From Octopus sinensis (lineage: Eukaryota), in NCBI RefSeq assembly GCF_006345805.1, contig NC_043001.1, positions 67,766,001 to 67,830,000 on the forward strand: DNA of 64,000 nucleotides, given 5' to 3'. Each line of letters begins with the position of its first letter. Position 1 is the first letter of the stretch. The translations under genes were made by a program, and so were the position numbers. Positions 1 to 13,950 of the stretch are shown in pieces. The notes beneath the pieces are model-generated. The model searched no databases and was not told the DNA's origin. It was given only the letters and a program-made list of their open reading frames with translations.

Positions 1-120
1 TATGAGCCCAGGGTACTACTAGCTATGTAGGGTGTCACCGATCACATCTATATGTACCTACGGCACTTAGTAGTTATGTAGGGTGTCATCGATCACATCT
101 TATGTACCACAGGGTACTAT
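1..120. repeat. About 51-bp minisatellite (2.3 units visible)
   Basis: tatgtagggtgtca(c/t)cgatcacatct recurs at 25 and 76; cagggtact recurs at 9 and 110. Confidence 0.75.
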
Positions 121-581
121 GCCGAATAATCTGGTCTTAAATTACATCGTGGTAGAGTCATAAAGACCATTACAAATACATTTTGTTATATTAAAGTGTA
201 TTTAATTATTAATCATGGTGGTGCCCCAGCATGGTCACAAGAGGCTAATATCCGAAATGGATTAAGTATCATGGTATTTAATAGCATATCTCCATTATAC
301 ACTTCAACAACAAATATATACAGACTCCTACAAAGTGTAGGATTTAGAGTATTTATTCGTTTGCGAGTTGTACAATATACACAACTATATACACTATTAA
401 CGAACGCCAACATATACAGACGCCTAGTTTTCGCCCCCCCACACCACATACAAATATATAAACACATTCCACACACATACAACCCACCAACGAATATATT
501 CACAGATTCCAACACTTTACGCAGATATATACACACTTCATACACACACACTCGCTAACGACTATATATTAAGGACACAGG

Positions 582-629
<48 letters not shown>

Positions 630-1332
630 TATATATATACATATACGCACACACACTGATATTCTACTCCAACACACACAAACACCGAACTCCCACACAT
701 GTTCATCTGTGTTACTGTCAAGATCAAAGGTCAGCCTTGAACGAGCTGAATGGTTAAAGACGTTCCAGCCGTAACTCACCAGTCTATATACTTCAGTGTA
801 CAATATATCTATACTACAGCATTAAATGTGCCCCACCTAATTTCGCGTATATTGGGTGCATTTTAATAACAATAACCTTTTGTTTATATTATCAGAGATG
901 ATAAGAGGTTTCGAAAGTGCACAAATACACATATATCCAGTGGTCTTTATAGACACATTGGAGATACTGTTCTGCTATTTGCTGTTATGTATTTAATAAT
1001 ACGTACTTGCTTAACTTTAGACAGGTCAAACCTTTTTTTTTACTGGAGAATATTGTTTATTTCTTGTTCAGTTGTGATCGAGTTGATCAATGGCCAGAGG
1101 CTTTCCAGCTGTGACCTTCCCTTCTTATTTAAAGACAGAGCGAAGTGTATGACTAGGACTACATTATACAATTCGTCCTTTTTAAGACAGCAGCATGTTG
1201 TTTGTGAGAAAACTGATTGCTCTTCCAAGCATATCCAGTAACCATGTAGAGGTTCCCTCGATAGCTGGACATGTGCGCGAGTAAAGAACGTTAAAAACAA
1301 CAATGAGTGCCTCGTTCCCATTTATTTAGCTA

Positions 1333-1369
<37 letters not shown>

Positions 1370-1929
1370 ACATACAAAGAAACTACAATAACGCCAAAGA
1401 GGGAAACTCCACAAGGTCGACCAATTTGCAAGAAATATCAGCCAAATCACATACTACCATTTTAAAGATCAGACCCGACAATGTAGTCCTAGATAAAAAA
1501 AAAAAGTGACTCCCTTCAATATATACATGGACCACCCTAACACTGACTCCACCCGAATGAAAGAAAGTGAGAGAGAAAGAGAGGATTGAGTGTGTATAGA
1601 GAAGCCGCAAAAAGTGACATCATGCCATAACAACCATGACGTCATCGTTGTGTCCTACGTATACATACACACACACATGCATATATTTATACAAATCAAC
1701 ACACGCACACACGTGTGTGTGTGAAACAACCCTGCTCGAACCCTCGAAAAATGTGTTTAAAGCTGTATCATTTCCGTCGACATAAAGCAAATCTAGCACG
1801 TGAACCTCTTGTCAAAACTTCTCGCTTATGAGCTCCCTACCCCATCATCTCTTGGATCAGGGACTTACTCGTGATGTATGTTAATCTCTCTCTCTCTCTC
1901 TCTTTGATCTACGTACTATATCGACTCTA

Positions 1930-2700
1930 AAGCGCCCTACGTTTAGTCGTGTCCCCCATAATTTTCCTCCTATACATCGACGACCTACTTGTCTATTCAA
2001 CAACGCCCACTTTTCATTACTCTCCAAGCCTTCCGTATCCAACCAATATGTTCATACACATACATGATATCTGCACTGTCGCCATAAACAGAGTTTACAA
2101 ACATCAGCCAATATGGTGTCATGACAATCTTGTCTCTTCATAAACTCCGAACTCAAATCATCGCTCCCCACTCTTCTTAAACATGAATACGCAATTAAAA
2201 CCCTCATGATCGCTTTAAAATACTTAGGTCTCACTATCATCGAAGATCTCCGTTGACCAATACACATCCTTAACATAGCAAAGATTTTATCTCAAAGACA
2301 AGCCTTCTTCGGAAACAAAATATCTATCTAGTACTAACATCTATACAAAGACCCCGCGTGATCCACGATGACGAACTGCCTTTATATTTGGGACCGTGTT
2401 TGTTGCTGCGATACACATCCTTGATAGTATTGAGACAAGGGCTACTAGATTGTCATGAAGTCACTCACAAGCAGTTTCCTCTCTGTATTATTTCTATTAC
2501 TACTATAATGGTCTTTGCTGTCATGTCACCCTCCATGTAGACATTCCTTACTCATTCAAATCTTCTCTTCACACTCCACCTCAAGTCCGACACGAACCAC
2601 GACATCCGGTCCTTCCATTCCAGAACATCACCCCTCTGGAATTTAATTCCTGAATGTGTCTCAAGTGGAACAATTAATGGAATCAAGCACACTGTATTAT
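1930..2700 (+). mobile_element. Decayed CR1/Jockey-superclade LINE RT fragment
   Basis: SPIIFLLYIDDLL, KYLGLTIIEDLR and VSSLYYFYYYYNGLC motifs in broken frames. Confidence 0.6.
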
Positions 2701-3523
2701 GTTGAAAAGTTTCAGATCACATCTCAGGTCTGAGAAGAACTCCTCCCCTAACTCCTCCAACCATTTCCGAAGTCCCTCTAAATGTAGTCCAGACTAACGG
2801 TTTTAGTGATGCGAAATGTTTACAGTAAAGAATTGAAACAGGATCACAGACTTAGTTAACTGGTAGACAGACAGATAGAGTGGGGGGGGGTGAGAGACAG
2901 GGTTTCAGCTAAGTAATATAGAAATGTCAGTTGGTAAATGAACGGGAAGTGCGGAAACAAGACAACAACAGACAAGAGATGGATTAAAGGAAATTAATAC
3001 AAACTAACAAGTATAATAGTGTGGTTAAAAAACCACAAGGTTCCCTGTTCGATTCCTCTGAGTGGTACTTTTGGCAAGTACTTTAACCATAGTTTTGAGC
3101 TGATCAATATTTTGACAGACGGAAACTGCAGAAGTGCGTGTGTACCGAGTAAAACTGTCCCTCAACTTTAGACAATACTTTAGTCATTCGACAAATAGTG
3201 ACGGATAAATACCAGACAGAAAAACTACAAGGAGTCGAGATGATCAATTTTTTAATCGACCATAGTTGAAGGTGGTGATCCACTTTAATGATTAAAACTA
3301 GTAAAAAATATGAAGCAGATTTACAAAGAACTAGAATTAACCAGGTAAATGTAAACGAGAAAAAAGGAGAAATAAAAAGTAAAGCTGTGGCTACAAACTG
3401 TTCAACAATTGTTTATACGAATTTGTAAATCTTTCGTGGGTACATCGAAATATAGACAAATCATTATTAAACTTTCTGGAGAGATATTGATTTTACTTTA
3501 GATGGTCTTCATCTAGGTGTTTT

Positions 3524-3648
<125 letters not shown>

Positions 3649-4402
3649 TGTACAAGCAGCTGTCAGTCGCAAAGTTGTATGGTTTTGTAGCATGTACTAT
3701 TCTCTCGCTAATTGTTTTAGGTAACTATGTAGTCTGGAATAGTCATAGACACTCGTCTCAAGGCCTCTTAACTCTTGACCCAGAATGCGGACAGCTACAA
3801 GAAGTAAGGGTGCTGCGCTAGTACTCTGGCTGGTCTGTGTAAGCAATGTGAACCTCCTGAGATGTGGAACAAGGGCTAAGTTTAGCCTTGCATGAAAAGG
3901 CTACACTGCTACTGAATGGATAAATATATGCAGTTTAATCATTGCTTCACCCATTTTCCGACAGTTAGAAGAGATGAGGAATGTGTGTATTGATAGCCAA
4001 ATAGTAGAGAGAAATGAGCCAGATCTCAGGAAACGACATAGCGATGTGGTACTACGTTGTGGACCAAGCGCCCGTAGAGGGAGAGAGGGAGCTACGTAGA
4101 ATTAACACCATATTTCGACATATTTCCAACGAAACGTGGAAGCTGTTCGTTAACATAAGACGAAATAAAGCTGCAACTACTACTGCTGGTATCAATACTA
4201 AATACTACCACTACACATACTAGAGAGGGAACCCCTTTACATGGCCATTCCACTTTGCTAGAGTTAGCCGCCAAATCTTCTCCAAACCTTACTTGTAGTA
4301 GAGATTATTTTATTTGAAACTAATTCCTCTTTCAAAATAATTAAATCAGAAGAATGAAACACCTGAATGTTATAATAGCTTCCAGCGCGCGCGCACAGAG
4401 AG

Positions 4403-4448
<46 letters not shown>

Positions 4449-4764
4449 GTTTTGTTGCGGCATGATTTTATTCAGCAAAATATTACTACAGATGAGTGAC
4501 ACACTTAATGACTTGAATAATTTCGTAATAAAACATATTCGGCAGAAGTGTCGACCTGTCCTTCTATACATACTCTCATACATATAGTGAGTGTGTGTAT
4601 ACACATACATACTGTCAGCTAAAGTTAGTATTGGCAACAGTTTGGTCTTTCTCGATGGAAATAAGAAAAATAAGTGTCATGTCTTGGGCATTCTTGCATA
4701 ACTTATTGTTTAGTACCAGGTCAGCCATAAGGGATCCAGCTATGACCTTACTGTTTATTTTGTA

Positions 4765-5125
4765 TAGGCGTAGCTGTGTGGTAAGAAGTTTGCTTCCCGA
4801 CCACATGGTTTTGAGATTCAGTCCCACTGTGTGGCACCTTGGACAAGTGTCTTCTACTGTAGCCCCGGACCGACCAAAGCCTTGTGAGTGAATTTGGTAA
4901 ACGGAAACTGAAAAAAGCCCGTTTTGTGTGTGTATGTTTGGTTACCCCACCCATCCCGCTTTACAACCGGTGTTTGTGTCACCATAACTTAGCGGTTCGG
5001 CAAAAGAGAGACCAGTAGAATAAGCACCATGTTTTTTTTTTTAAATAAGTATTGGGGTCAATTCATTCAGCTAAAATTTGAGGTGGTGCAGTCTAATGAC
5101 TGAAACAAGTAAAAGGTAAAAGGAA
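4765..5125 (+). mobile_element. tRNA-derived SINE family A
   Basis: A-box-like tagctgtgtggt and B-box-like gattcagtccc, body ggcaccttggacaagtgtcttctact…ccgaccaaagcc, tail gactgaaacaagtaaaag. Confidence 0.85.
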
Positions 5126-8100
5126 AAAAAAATTAGAGTAGCGAACTGGCAGTTAGAGCGTTGGAAACAAGGTCGAATAAAATGCCTTGCAGTGTTTCTC
5201 CTGGATCTACATTCTGGCTTCAAGTTTTACCTTGGCCTTCTTGGGTGGTAACCTGACCCGTCAACGGTTTAACACCACCACCTGATACGTTTGGCACCTT
5301 TAGTGGAGTTCATATTCCTGCAAATATTCGGTATAGCTCTCCAGTTGGGGATACCTATCTTCACCTCTGAATAAGATATAAAAAAAACAAAATGTCCAAC
5401 ACCTTCTCAAACAAGATCCTATTAACTTTTAAAAATAGGAGGGGGAGATATGACAGCTAATCCCAACATTCATTTAGCTTCATTTAGCTTTCCGAGAGAA
5501 GGATCGTTGATTCAAGACTGCAACCAAATTTGTCACTGTTACTAGCACACACACACTCCCGCACGGATAAAGTCTTTGGAACAAGGAATCAAGAGAAATA
5601 TCGAAACTAAATGTTTTTGTTAATCTTCAGTCAACTGGCTCTGTTTCTCAGCTCGCATGGAATCCATATCACAGGAAATTGGTCTCAACTAACAGTAACA
5701 ATTTAACATACTAAGACAAGATCAGATATTTTCAGAGGTAGGAACAGAGGTTATAATCGTTTCAAGTGATATCGGTCTATTAACGGATTTAAGCCCAGAG
5801 TATAAAGTAAGAGAATGGCTAAACCAGCAGAATTCGAACACAGAACCGATAATGTAATGCGGAAATCTATTTTTAATAATAGTGAAACAGAATATGTGGA
5901 AGCCAGTGACGATCTGAGCCGGTAAAGTTATATAATTGCCGCTGTATGAATTATTTCTAATAATAGATTTCTGAGATTGGCACAAAGTCAAATGTTGGCA
6001 GTATCATAACAAGTCTGTCTTAAGCGAATATTTGACTGGAAAGATGAAAGGGGTGTAACTAAATACTATCGCCCTTATGAGAGATATTTTGGCGGGAGAA
6101 TTATAACCGATCAAATAAATGAAAACAATAATTCTTTCTAATTTTAGCTCAAGGCCAGCAATTTCTAGGGAAGGAGTTACTTGATTACATCGACCACAAT
6201 ACTTGACTGGTACTTTATGTTAATGACCACGAAAGGATGAAACGCAAAATCAACCTCGGCGGCATTGGAATTAAGAACGTTAAGAGCAAGAGGAGGAAAT
6301 GTTGCAAAACATTTTCCCCAAAGCTGTAATGTATTGATAGGGCTATAAACACATTGGCGGTGTTTGTCAAGATGTATACGCAAAAACATTCCTGCCACTG
6401 TCTTACTTTTAGGCATAGGGTATCGAGGACTTGGAATGATGGCATTGTGGTTCAAAAATAAAATATCAATAATATAGAGGATTGTCATCTAAAGTAGATA
6501 ATAGTTTAGTAGTTATTGAATGTTTTGTAAATAAGGAACCTCGCTATGACACACACCACTACATCATTTACTAAAATATTAACAAAATATTGTTAGTTGG
6601 CTACAAGATTAATTCAATTATCATTTTAAATAAATAATAAGTCTTGTCTACTATAGGCACAAGGCCAGAATTTTTGAAAGAGGAGGCTAGTCGATTACAT
6701 CGACCCCAGTGATACTTATTTTATCGAACCCGGAAGGATGAAAGGCAGAACAATGTCAGAAAAATTAGTACAGAAAGTATGGAGTCGTTCATCTTTTGTA
6801 AGGAATGAAAAGATAAGTTGGTGCCGGCGGAATTTGAATCTAGGAACAGTACAAGATAGGGACACTCTGGGCAGTTCGCCTGGATGCCCCACGAGTCAAG
6901 AAACTCAATGCTGATGTGTGTATCGAGTTTTGTGCAGGATCACAAGACTGTTTTGATTGGGGATCCATAATATTTGAAGACAATCGAGAGGAGACAAAAT
7001 ATTAGAGGGTAAAAACCAAGAATGAAAGGAAGGTGATGCCGTCTACACTTCCAGTTATGGGAATAGCATCAAAGCATGCTTTAAGTTTAATAAATGGGTG
7101 ACGTGAAGAATACGTACACCCGGTGGTTAGGGTTAGAGTTTTTAATACGCCGAAAACGGGTGGTGTACGTATCCTTTACCTCCGCCCCGTGAGGAATAGT
7201 AAATATTGGATTTGGAGTTCTACGGAGACTTGATGATGGGGAACCTGTCTAGTGCACAGTGAGCTGATTGAACAGGCGTATGATCAAAGGTATTCCATCT
7301 GTGACTATCCCCTCAGTTTACGTGTATGTAGGAATATAGATGTGTTTTCTTTATTACTTCTATCAAGTCAAACGACCAGATAGCCCTCGTTCTGTTGTTT
7401 TTAACATGTAAGAAAGGGAAGAGGTTCGTCACACGGTTTAACTTTAGTGAAGAATTTCGTTATTTTAATAGTTTTCCAAATTTTTTCTTCTTTTTGATTT
7501 CAGACATGACACTGTATCCTCTATATTCCAGCTGGCCATGATTACTGAGTAAAGAAAGAATAAAAATATATCCAAAATGTCCGAAGGTCAGTTGTATGCA
7601 CCCTATACATAAATTTTGTCATATTTTTCAGACAGTTTGTCTAAGATTACATTACAGCATATGTTACTATTTAAAAACACAATTGTATATATTTTGAGGA
7701 CGATTTTGCTGTTATTTCTAGCAAAGCTATCCTCCCTTCGTTTGCAAAATTCTGCATTCATTCGTTTTATGCAAATGGATTTCTGTAATAAAAAAGAGAA
7801 AGAATTTGGCATATCCCAACTTCATAGATCTTCACACATCTTCACACAAACTGCTTTAAAAAAAAATATCAGATATTGCTTACACAAAACACACGTGTGT
7901 GTACATCAACACATTTGCCAAAGTGTATACGATTTTTTTTAGCGGTCTCATTATTAGGTAGCAACAAAGGTTACAGACGTTGTAGCTCGCTATATACACA
8001 TACACACTTTTCGGTACTTTGTTTCAGATCGAGTAAATTTGTACCCACACCACAGAGAAACATCCTTCCCCTATACACTTATATAGTGTCCAAAAAGATT

Positions 8101-8130
8101 TTCTCGGTTGCTGTAAAAAGAAATAATATT

Positions 8131-9130
8131 GGTTTCAAATTTTGGCAGAAGGCCATCAAGTTCGGGGAAGAGAGTAAATCGATTACATCGACCCCAGTGT
8201 TCAATTGGTACTTATTTTATCGAACACGAAAAGATGGAAGACATACGAAGAGTATAACAGTTACAGACGGTTAATTACTTGGTTAACAATAATCCTTACT
8301 AACAGAGGCACAAAGTCAGACATTTTGGGGGAGGGGATAGTGGATTATATCAACCCCGTTTTCAACTGGTACTTATTTCATCAACCCCCAAAAGGATGAA
8401 AGGCAAAGTCAACCATGGCAGAATTTGAACTCGGAACATAAAAATGGACAAAATACCACCATGCATTTTGTCCGGTGTGTTAACGGTCTGCCAGCTCGCT
8501 ACCTTTACATTGCTTTCAAATTTTGGTACAAGGCTTACAAGTTTAGGGGAGAGTCCTAATTAATAACATCAACTCCAGTAATCAACTGGTACTTATTTCA
8601 TTCATCCTGAGAGAATTAAAGGCAAAGTCGACCTCAGTGGAATTTGAACTCAGAAAGTGAAGACGGATAAAATTCTGCTTTTGCCAGGTGTGCTAACGAT
8701 TCTGTCAGATTGCTGTCTTAATAATCTTTTCTACTCTAAGCACAAAGCCCAACATTTTAGGGGAGGGGGGGCAGTCGATTAGATCGACCTCAGTACGAAA
8801 CTGGTACTTAATTTATCGACCCCAATAGAATCTGAACTTAGAACTTAAAAGACAAACAAAATGTCACTAAGAATTTTATCTGTCAGCTTGACGCCTAAAA
8901 TAATAATAATGATGGTTTCAAATTTTGCCACAAGGGTAGCAATTTTGGAGGAGAGGGATGAGTCAATTACATCAACACGTGTTAAACTGGTGCTTATTTT
9001 ATTGACTCTGAAAGGATGAAAGGTAAAGTTGACCTTGGTGGAATTTGAACTCGGAATGTAGTGACAGGCGAAATACCACTAAGCATTTCATCCAGTGCTC
9101 TAATGATTCTACCAGCTCACTGCCTTAATG
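8131..9130 (-). mobile_element. Head-to-tail array of five family-B tRNA-derived SINEs
   Basis: Repeated cacaaggcc…gtcgattacatcgaccccagt…actggtacttatt…ggatgaaaggcaaagtcgacc…gaatttgaactc…ccagctcg units starting near 8131, 8302, 8509, 8725 and 8911. Confidence 0.85.
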
Positions 9131-9808
9131 ATAATGATAATAACAACAATAAACAATCAAACCAAAAGACTGGGTGTGTCAACCTAATAAGAGTAACAAA
9201 TGCCAAGGCAACCATTTTAGAAAAGAAAGATGGAATATTGGAAGCAAATTTTCAATGTGGTGGCTGTGACCAGCTACAAATTGCAGCAGTGGTAATAGAA
9301 GTGTGTATATTGAAATTATAAACCAGTATTTGATGTGGCATATAATAGTGAAAAATGCCAGGGTGTGACAGTGAGGTATATGTGTGTGTGAAACATTATA
9401 TTAAGGCTTATACTGTGAATAAATGACAAGATGATCACAATTGTAAAGCTTAAGGGGCAAAATAAGAGCAAAATAATATATTAAATAGGTCAATAAGGAA
9501 TCACCTACATAGTCTCGTAAACTGCTTGAAAAAGTAACCAGATCTCTTTCAATTTACACTCTCCTGTCTGAAAGAAGTACACATCAGATAATGTAGCCCT
9601 AGATATATTATGTCTGGAAAAAATGTAGTTATGGTAGGAACATCTTTTGAGAATAGATCTGGTTGATCAAGTCAGACCTGGAGGCAAAACAACAATTTGC
9701 TTATTTGCCACCTTAATAATAATATAAAACAAAAATTACTTAATGATATAATTAGCCTAATTAACATTGTCTTTCTGTAGCAATATTTTGGCTCCCATGA
9801 GAAGAGTA

Positions 9809-9908
9809 NNNNNNNNNNNNNNNNNNNNNNNNNNNNNNNNNNNNNNNNNNNNNNNNNNNNNNNNNNNNNNNNNNNNNNNNNNNNNNNNNNNNNNNNNNNN
9901 NNNNNNNN
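9809..9908. other. Assembly gap (100 N)
   Basis: Run of N of round length, a scaffolding placeholder. Confidence 1.
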
Positions 9909-10080
9909 ACTATATATTTGGTGTTATTTGCTTCAGTGTTATTTATTATTTACATTAATCTTAATCTTATTTCGGCCAGACTTCTTTCGTCACACTCCTG
10001 TGACCGCATCAGTGGTCCTTTGATTAAGATTAAAGTAAAAAATAAATAACACTGAAGCAAAATAACACCAAATATATAGT
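9909..10080. repeat. 58-bp inverted repeat (MITE-like hairpin) abutting the assembly gap
   Basis: 9909-9966 is the reverse complement of 10022-10080, with two mismatches and one indel. Confidence 0.85.
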
Positions 10081-10218
10081 GCGTGTGTTTTTATTGGCTA
10101 AACTGGCAAAATGACCATTCCGAAATATAACAACATCTGTTTCAACACACGACTTCACATAAAAAATCTTGCACAACAAATATTTAAACGTACATATATA
10201 TATATACATATACATATG

Positions 10219-10256
<38 letters not shown>

Positions 10257-11434
10257 CATACATATATATATACATACATACATATATATATATATACATA
10301 CATACATACACACACATATATATATATGTGTGCCACGTAAAAAACACCCAGTACACTCTGTAAAGTGGTTGGCATTAGGAAGGGCATCCAGTTGTAGAAA
10401 CCAAGTGAAATCTGACTGGAACCTGGTGCCACCCTCCTGCTTGCCAGCCCTGGTCAAACTGTCCAGCCAAAGTCAGTGTAGAAAATGAATGTTTGATGAT
10501 GGTGATATGGCATGCATATGGATATACATTTTATATATATATATAGCTGTAGATATAGCTGTGTGATTAAGAGGTTTGCTTTCCAAACTTTGTGATTTCA
10601 GGTTCAGGCCCATTGCAAAATAAATGACTTCTACAATATTCTAGGCTGACTAAGACTAAAGCTGTGTAAATGAATTTGTTTGATAGAAACTGAAAGAAGC
10701 CTGTTGTGTGCGTGTGCGCTTGAGAAGGAGAGAGAGAAAGAAAGAGAGTTTAGGTGTATTTGTTTACATTTGTACTTTACAAAAGTTGTAAGCTAAAAGC
10801 ACTGTTGTCACTTTTAACAACAAAGTGCTTACTCTCTTTGCAAGTTTGAAGATATGTAAAGAACCCTTAATTGAAAAACAGGTAAGGGTTAGCAACAAGA
10901 AGTCTATCTGGCTGTAAAAAAATAGCTTAGTAATGTGTGTGCTGAACCCATGCTAACAGGGAAAAATGAACATTAAAATGAATGTGTGTGTATATGTATA
11001 CACACACATCTTATTGTCCATTCTTTTAGACGACACACAATGTAACACATATATCTTACATACTATTGACTACAGGTGCAGAAAGTATGATACATGATTA
11101 CATATCTAGGCAGATGTCAAAGTTTTGTATTTCTAGTTTAGTAATATAATGTTTGAAGTACATCATCCGTCAGTTTGGCTCATTTTCTCTCTGCATATTA
11201 AAAGGTCAACCTTCCACAGCACTCACACAATAGTAACTCTCTCGAGTCTAACTAGTTCAAAGAGCAGCTGGACAAGGTTGTTGAGGGGAGCTCTTTACAA
11301 AGGGAGTGCACTCTTGATGCCCCCCCCCCAACTCATCTTGTATGTAAATAGACAATATAAAAGAGTATTCAGATCACTGATGTAGTTTTATTGAGAGAGG
11401 GGTTAGTATTTGTCATAAATTTAAAGTCTGTTCT

Positions 11435-11790
11435 CTATGCTGGCATGGATTGGATGGTTTGACAGGAGATGGCCAGCTGGGGAGCTGCCTGGGCTCCATT
11501 TGTCTGTTTTGGCATGTTTCTATGGCAAGATGCCCTTCCTAATGCTGACCATTTTACAGAGTGTACTGGGTACTTTAAATGTGGCACCAGCACCCAGGAA
11601 CCTGCAAGACTAGTATCTTTCAGCTGAGAGAGGGATGTAGAGGATATGCCTATATGCACGGATAGCCATGACTTTACTTAGCTTGAAGTGTCTTCTCAAG
11701 CACAGCAAACTGCCAGAGGTCTTGGTCTCTTATCTACTCTGTAAGGCCCAACGTTTGGAGATCCTTTCTCACCATTTCATCCCATGTCTT
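11435..11790 (-). mobile_element. SINE/RTE-related repeat family C
   Basis: gcatggattggatggtttgacagg…gatgcccttcctaatgc…cagagtgtactggg. Other copies lie near 10330(+), 13650(+), 16215(-), 20100(-), 22030(+) and 22290(-). Confidence 0.75.
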
Positions 11791-13149
11791 CCTTGGTCTA
11801 CCAAATAAGGGTACCATAACAAATAAAGACCAATACTTAACAGCAGTAACAACTAAAGATTAATGTTGCCAGACAAAATATAATTCAGAGGTTAAGTCAG
11901 ACAGAGACAGAGTTGTAAGAGATATGTCAAGCACTGGGGTTGATTTAATTAACCATAAACAAGAAACTGGAGTCCCTAAAGCAATCCAAATCCAGTGTTC
12001 TCTTCAATGTCATTCTAGCAATTTCTGTGACAAGCTATGCCAATATTTGCTTTCTCTTTGGTCAAAGATGACCTGCTACATGGTCAACAGTTGGTCTTTT
12101 ATACAATACTAACTGGCCCCATGCCATCAAAAGTGACAGCTAATTGTAGTATAGATAAATAATCACAGATACAAACATCCACATACTTCCTTTGTACACA
12201 CACATAGTTGAAACGCTGTTTGATTTTTCTTTTCAGCATTGAATGTTCACTATCCCACTTCCATTACACACAGACAGCATTTTAACTCTGCATGAGTATA
12301 TGTGTGTATGTAAAAGGGGAATTATGTGAATCACATAATTCCCATTTTACATACACACATATACTCATACAGAGTTGAAATGTTGTTTGGTTTTTTTTTT
12401 TTCACCGTAGAACTTCCATCATCCCACTTCTAAGTTTGCCATCACCCCTGACTTTCTCATTCATATGTTGTGATGGAGAAATACACAAGAGTATTATTAT
12501 AGTCGATTGTCCACATCTGCACCTTGGAAAAAAACATTTCAGCCTTGTTACATAGTATCAACACAGCAAGGCTTTCCAGGTGCAGATCTATTATCTAATG
12601 TGGTATACCAATGCCAAAAGAAGAGAAACTCATAGGGTACTTTTAGTAAGCATACCTTTCTAGTGTTGTACAGATAATGAGATACTGTACTTAAACTATG
12701 TGGCTTTGTTTTTATCACTGTGGCCAAAAAAATGACATCAGATATAACAACTTATAGTATTTATTAACACCTTATCAGAGACTGGGTACACAGAGAGAAT
12801 AATAGCTTAAATTTATTCATAGCATATGCAAACTTGGATAGAGCTGTCCCATTTTGAATAATAGTTAAAATGCCGTTAATGTGAATCTAATAGAAGCATT
12901 ACAGGTATGACTAACTAACTAACTAACTGACTGTATAGTTAAGAAGACTGTTTCCTAGTCACATAGTCTGGGCTCAGTTCCATTGTACAGCACCTTAGGC
13001 AGGTATCTTCTACTATAACCCCAGGTTCACCAAAGCTTTGTGAGAGAATTTGGTAGAGGGAATCTAAAAAAGCCTCTTGTGTGTGTGTAGGCGTGCATCT
13101 CTTCTGTATTTAAACATTCAAATTCTTCCTCTGAAGAAGGAGCTGGTTT

Positions 13150-13515
13150 CTAAAAAGATACAAAAGTCCATCTTTGAAATGTATATAATGGAAACTGTCA
13201 CATTTTAATCATGAGGAAAGTATTGCATAGTTTTACTGTTCCACTTACAGATTGTATTTGTAATGTGTGAATCAGCTGAAAAGCCAAGCTTATCCAGACT
13301 GAGAATTAGGCATTTACTTACAGAACCAAGTGCTCCAATTATTATTGATACAAATATAAATTTGTAATCCAGATAAAGAAGATGGAGGCTTTGAAGCAGT
13401 TGTTACCTTCTTTCTCTTTGATTTTCAAAGAGATATTCACATCAGCAGGATAGCTGACCTCTATGACGGTATTTGTTTTTACTTGTCTGTCCCAAACAAC
13501 AATATCTGGTTTGGC
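13150..13515 (-). mobile_element. Decayed RLE-type (R4/Dong-like) LINE, endonuclease and 3' end fragment
   Basis: Minus strand reads PDIVVWDRQVKTNTVIEVSYPADVNISLKIKEK...IIIGALGSV...LGFS, then QSVSGTVKLCNTFL. This is the PD..(D/E) restriction-like endonuclease signature. Confidence 0.65.
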
Positions 13516-13882
13516 TGATTGATTGATGTATGTATGTGTTTGTTTCTTTGTCTTGACATCACACGCAAATTGTTAACAAATGTCACTATCATACAAATGG
13601 AATCATTTCTTTGCAATATTCTGGACTATAGGAAAATATCACCTTGTTTGGAAATAGGTGAGGGTTGGCGACAGTTATCTGGCTGTGAGAAGCTCTGCCT
13701 CAACAAGTTTTGTCTAGCCCATGCAAACATGGAAAAGTAAATGTATTTAGTATATACTCGTTTGTTTATTTGCTAAATGTTGTTTTAAATTATATATACA
13801 GGCATGTCATATTTTCCATTTGTTGGCTTTTTATTTAATCCTGAAAATATTTATGTAATGCACACACATTAATTTTTTACTC

Positions 13883-13950
<68 letters not shown>

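Noticed and set aside
1-120. Repeat-spacer-like pattern (CRISPR?)
   Set aside because: The whole ~51-bp unit repeats with no unique spacers. Eukaryotic context, no cas genes.
5282-5366. Good minus-strand acceptor (tttttttatatcttattcag|) followed by a short frame GEDRYPQLESYTEYLQEYELH*
   Set aside because: No kinase similarity. In phase with exon 1 it reads R-stop, and there is no convincing donor. A poison exon cannot be supported without RNA data.
7110-7172. 11-bp inverted repeat enclosing GGTTAGGGTTAG
   Set aside because: Too short to distinguish from a fragment of a non-autonomous DNA element or chance. Two telomere-like units are not an interstitial telomere.
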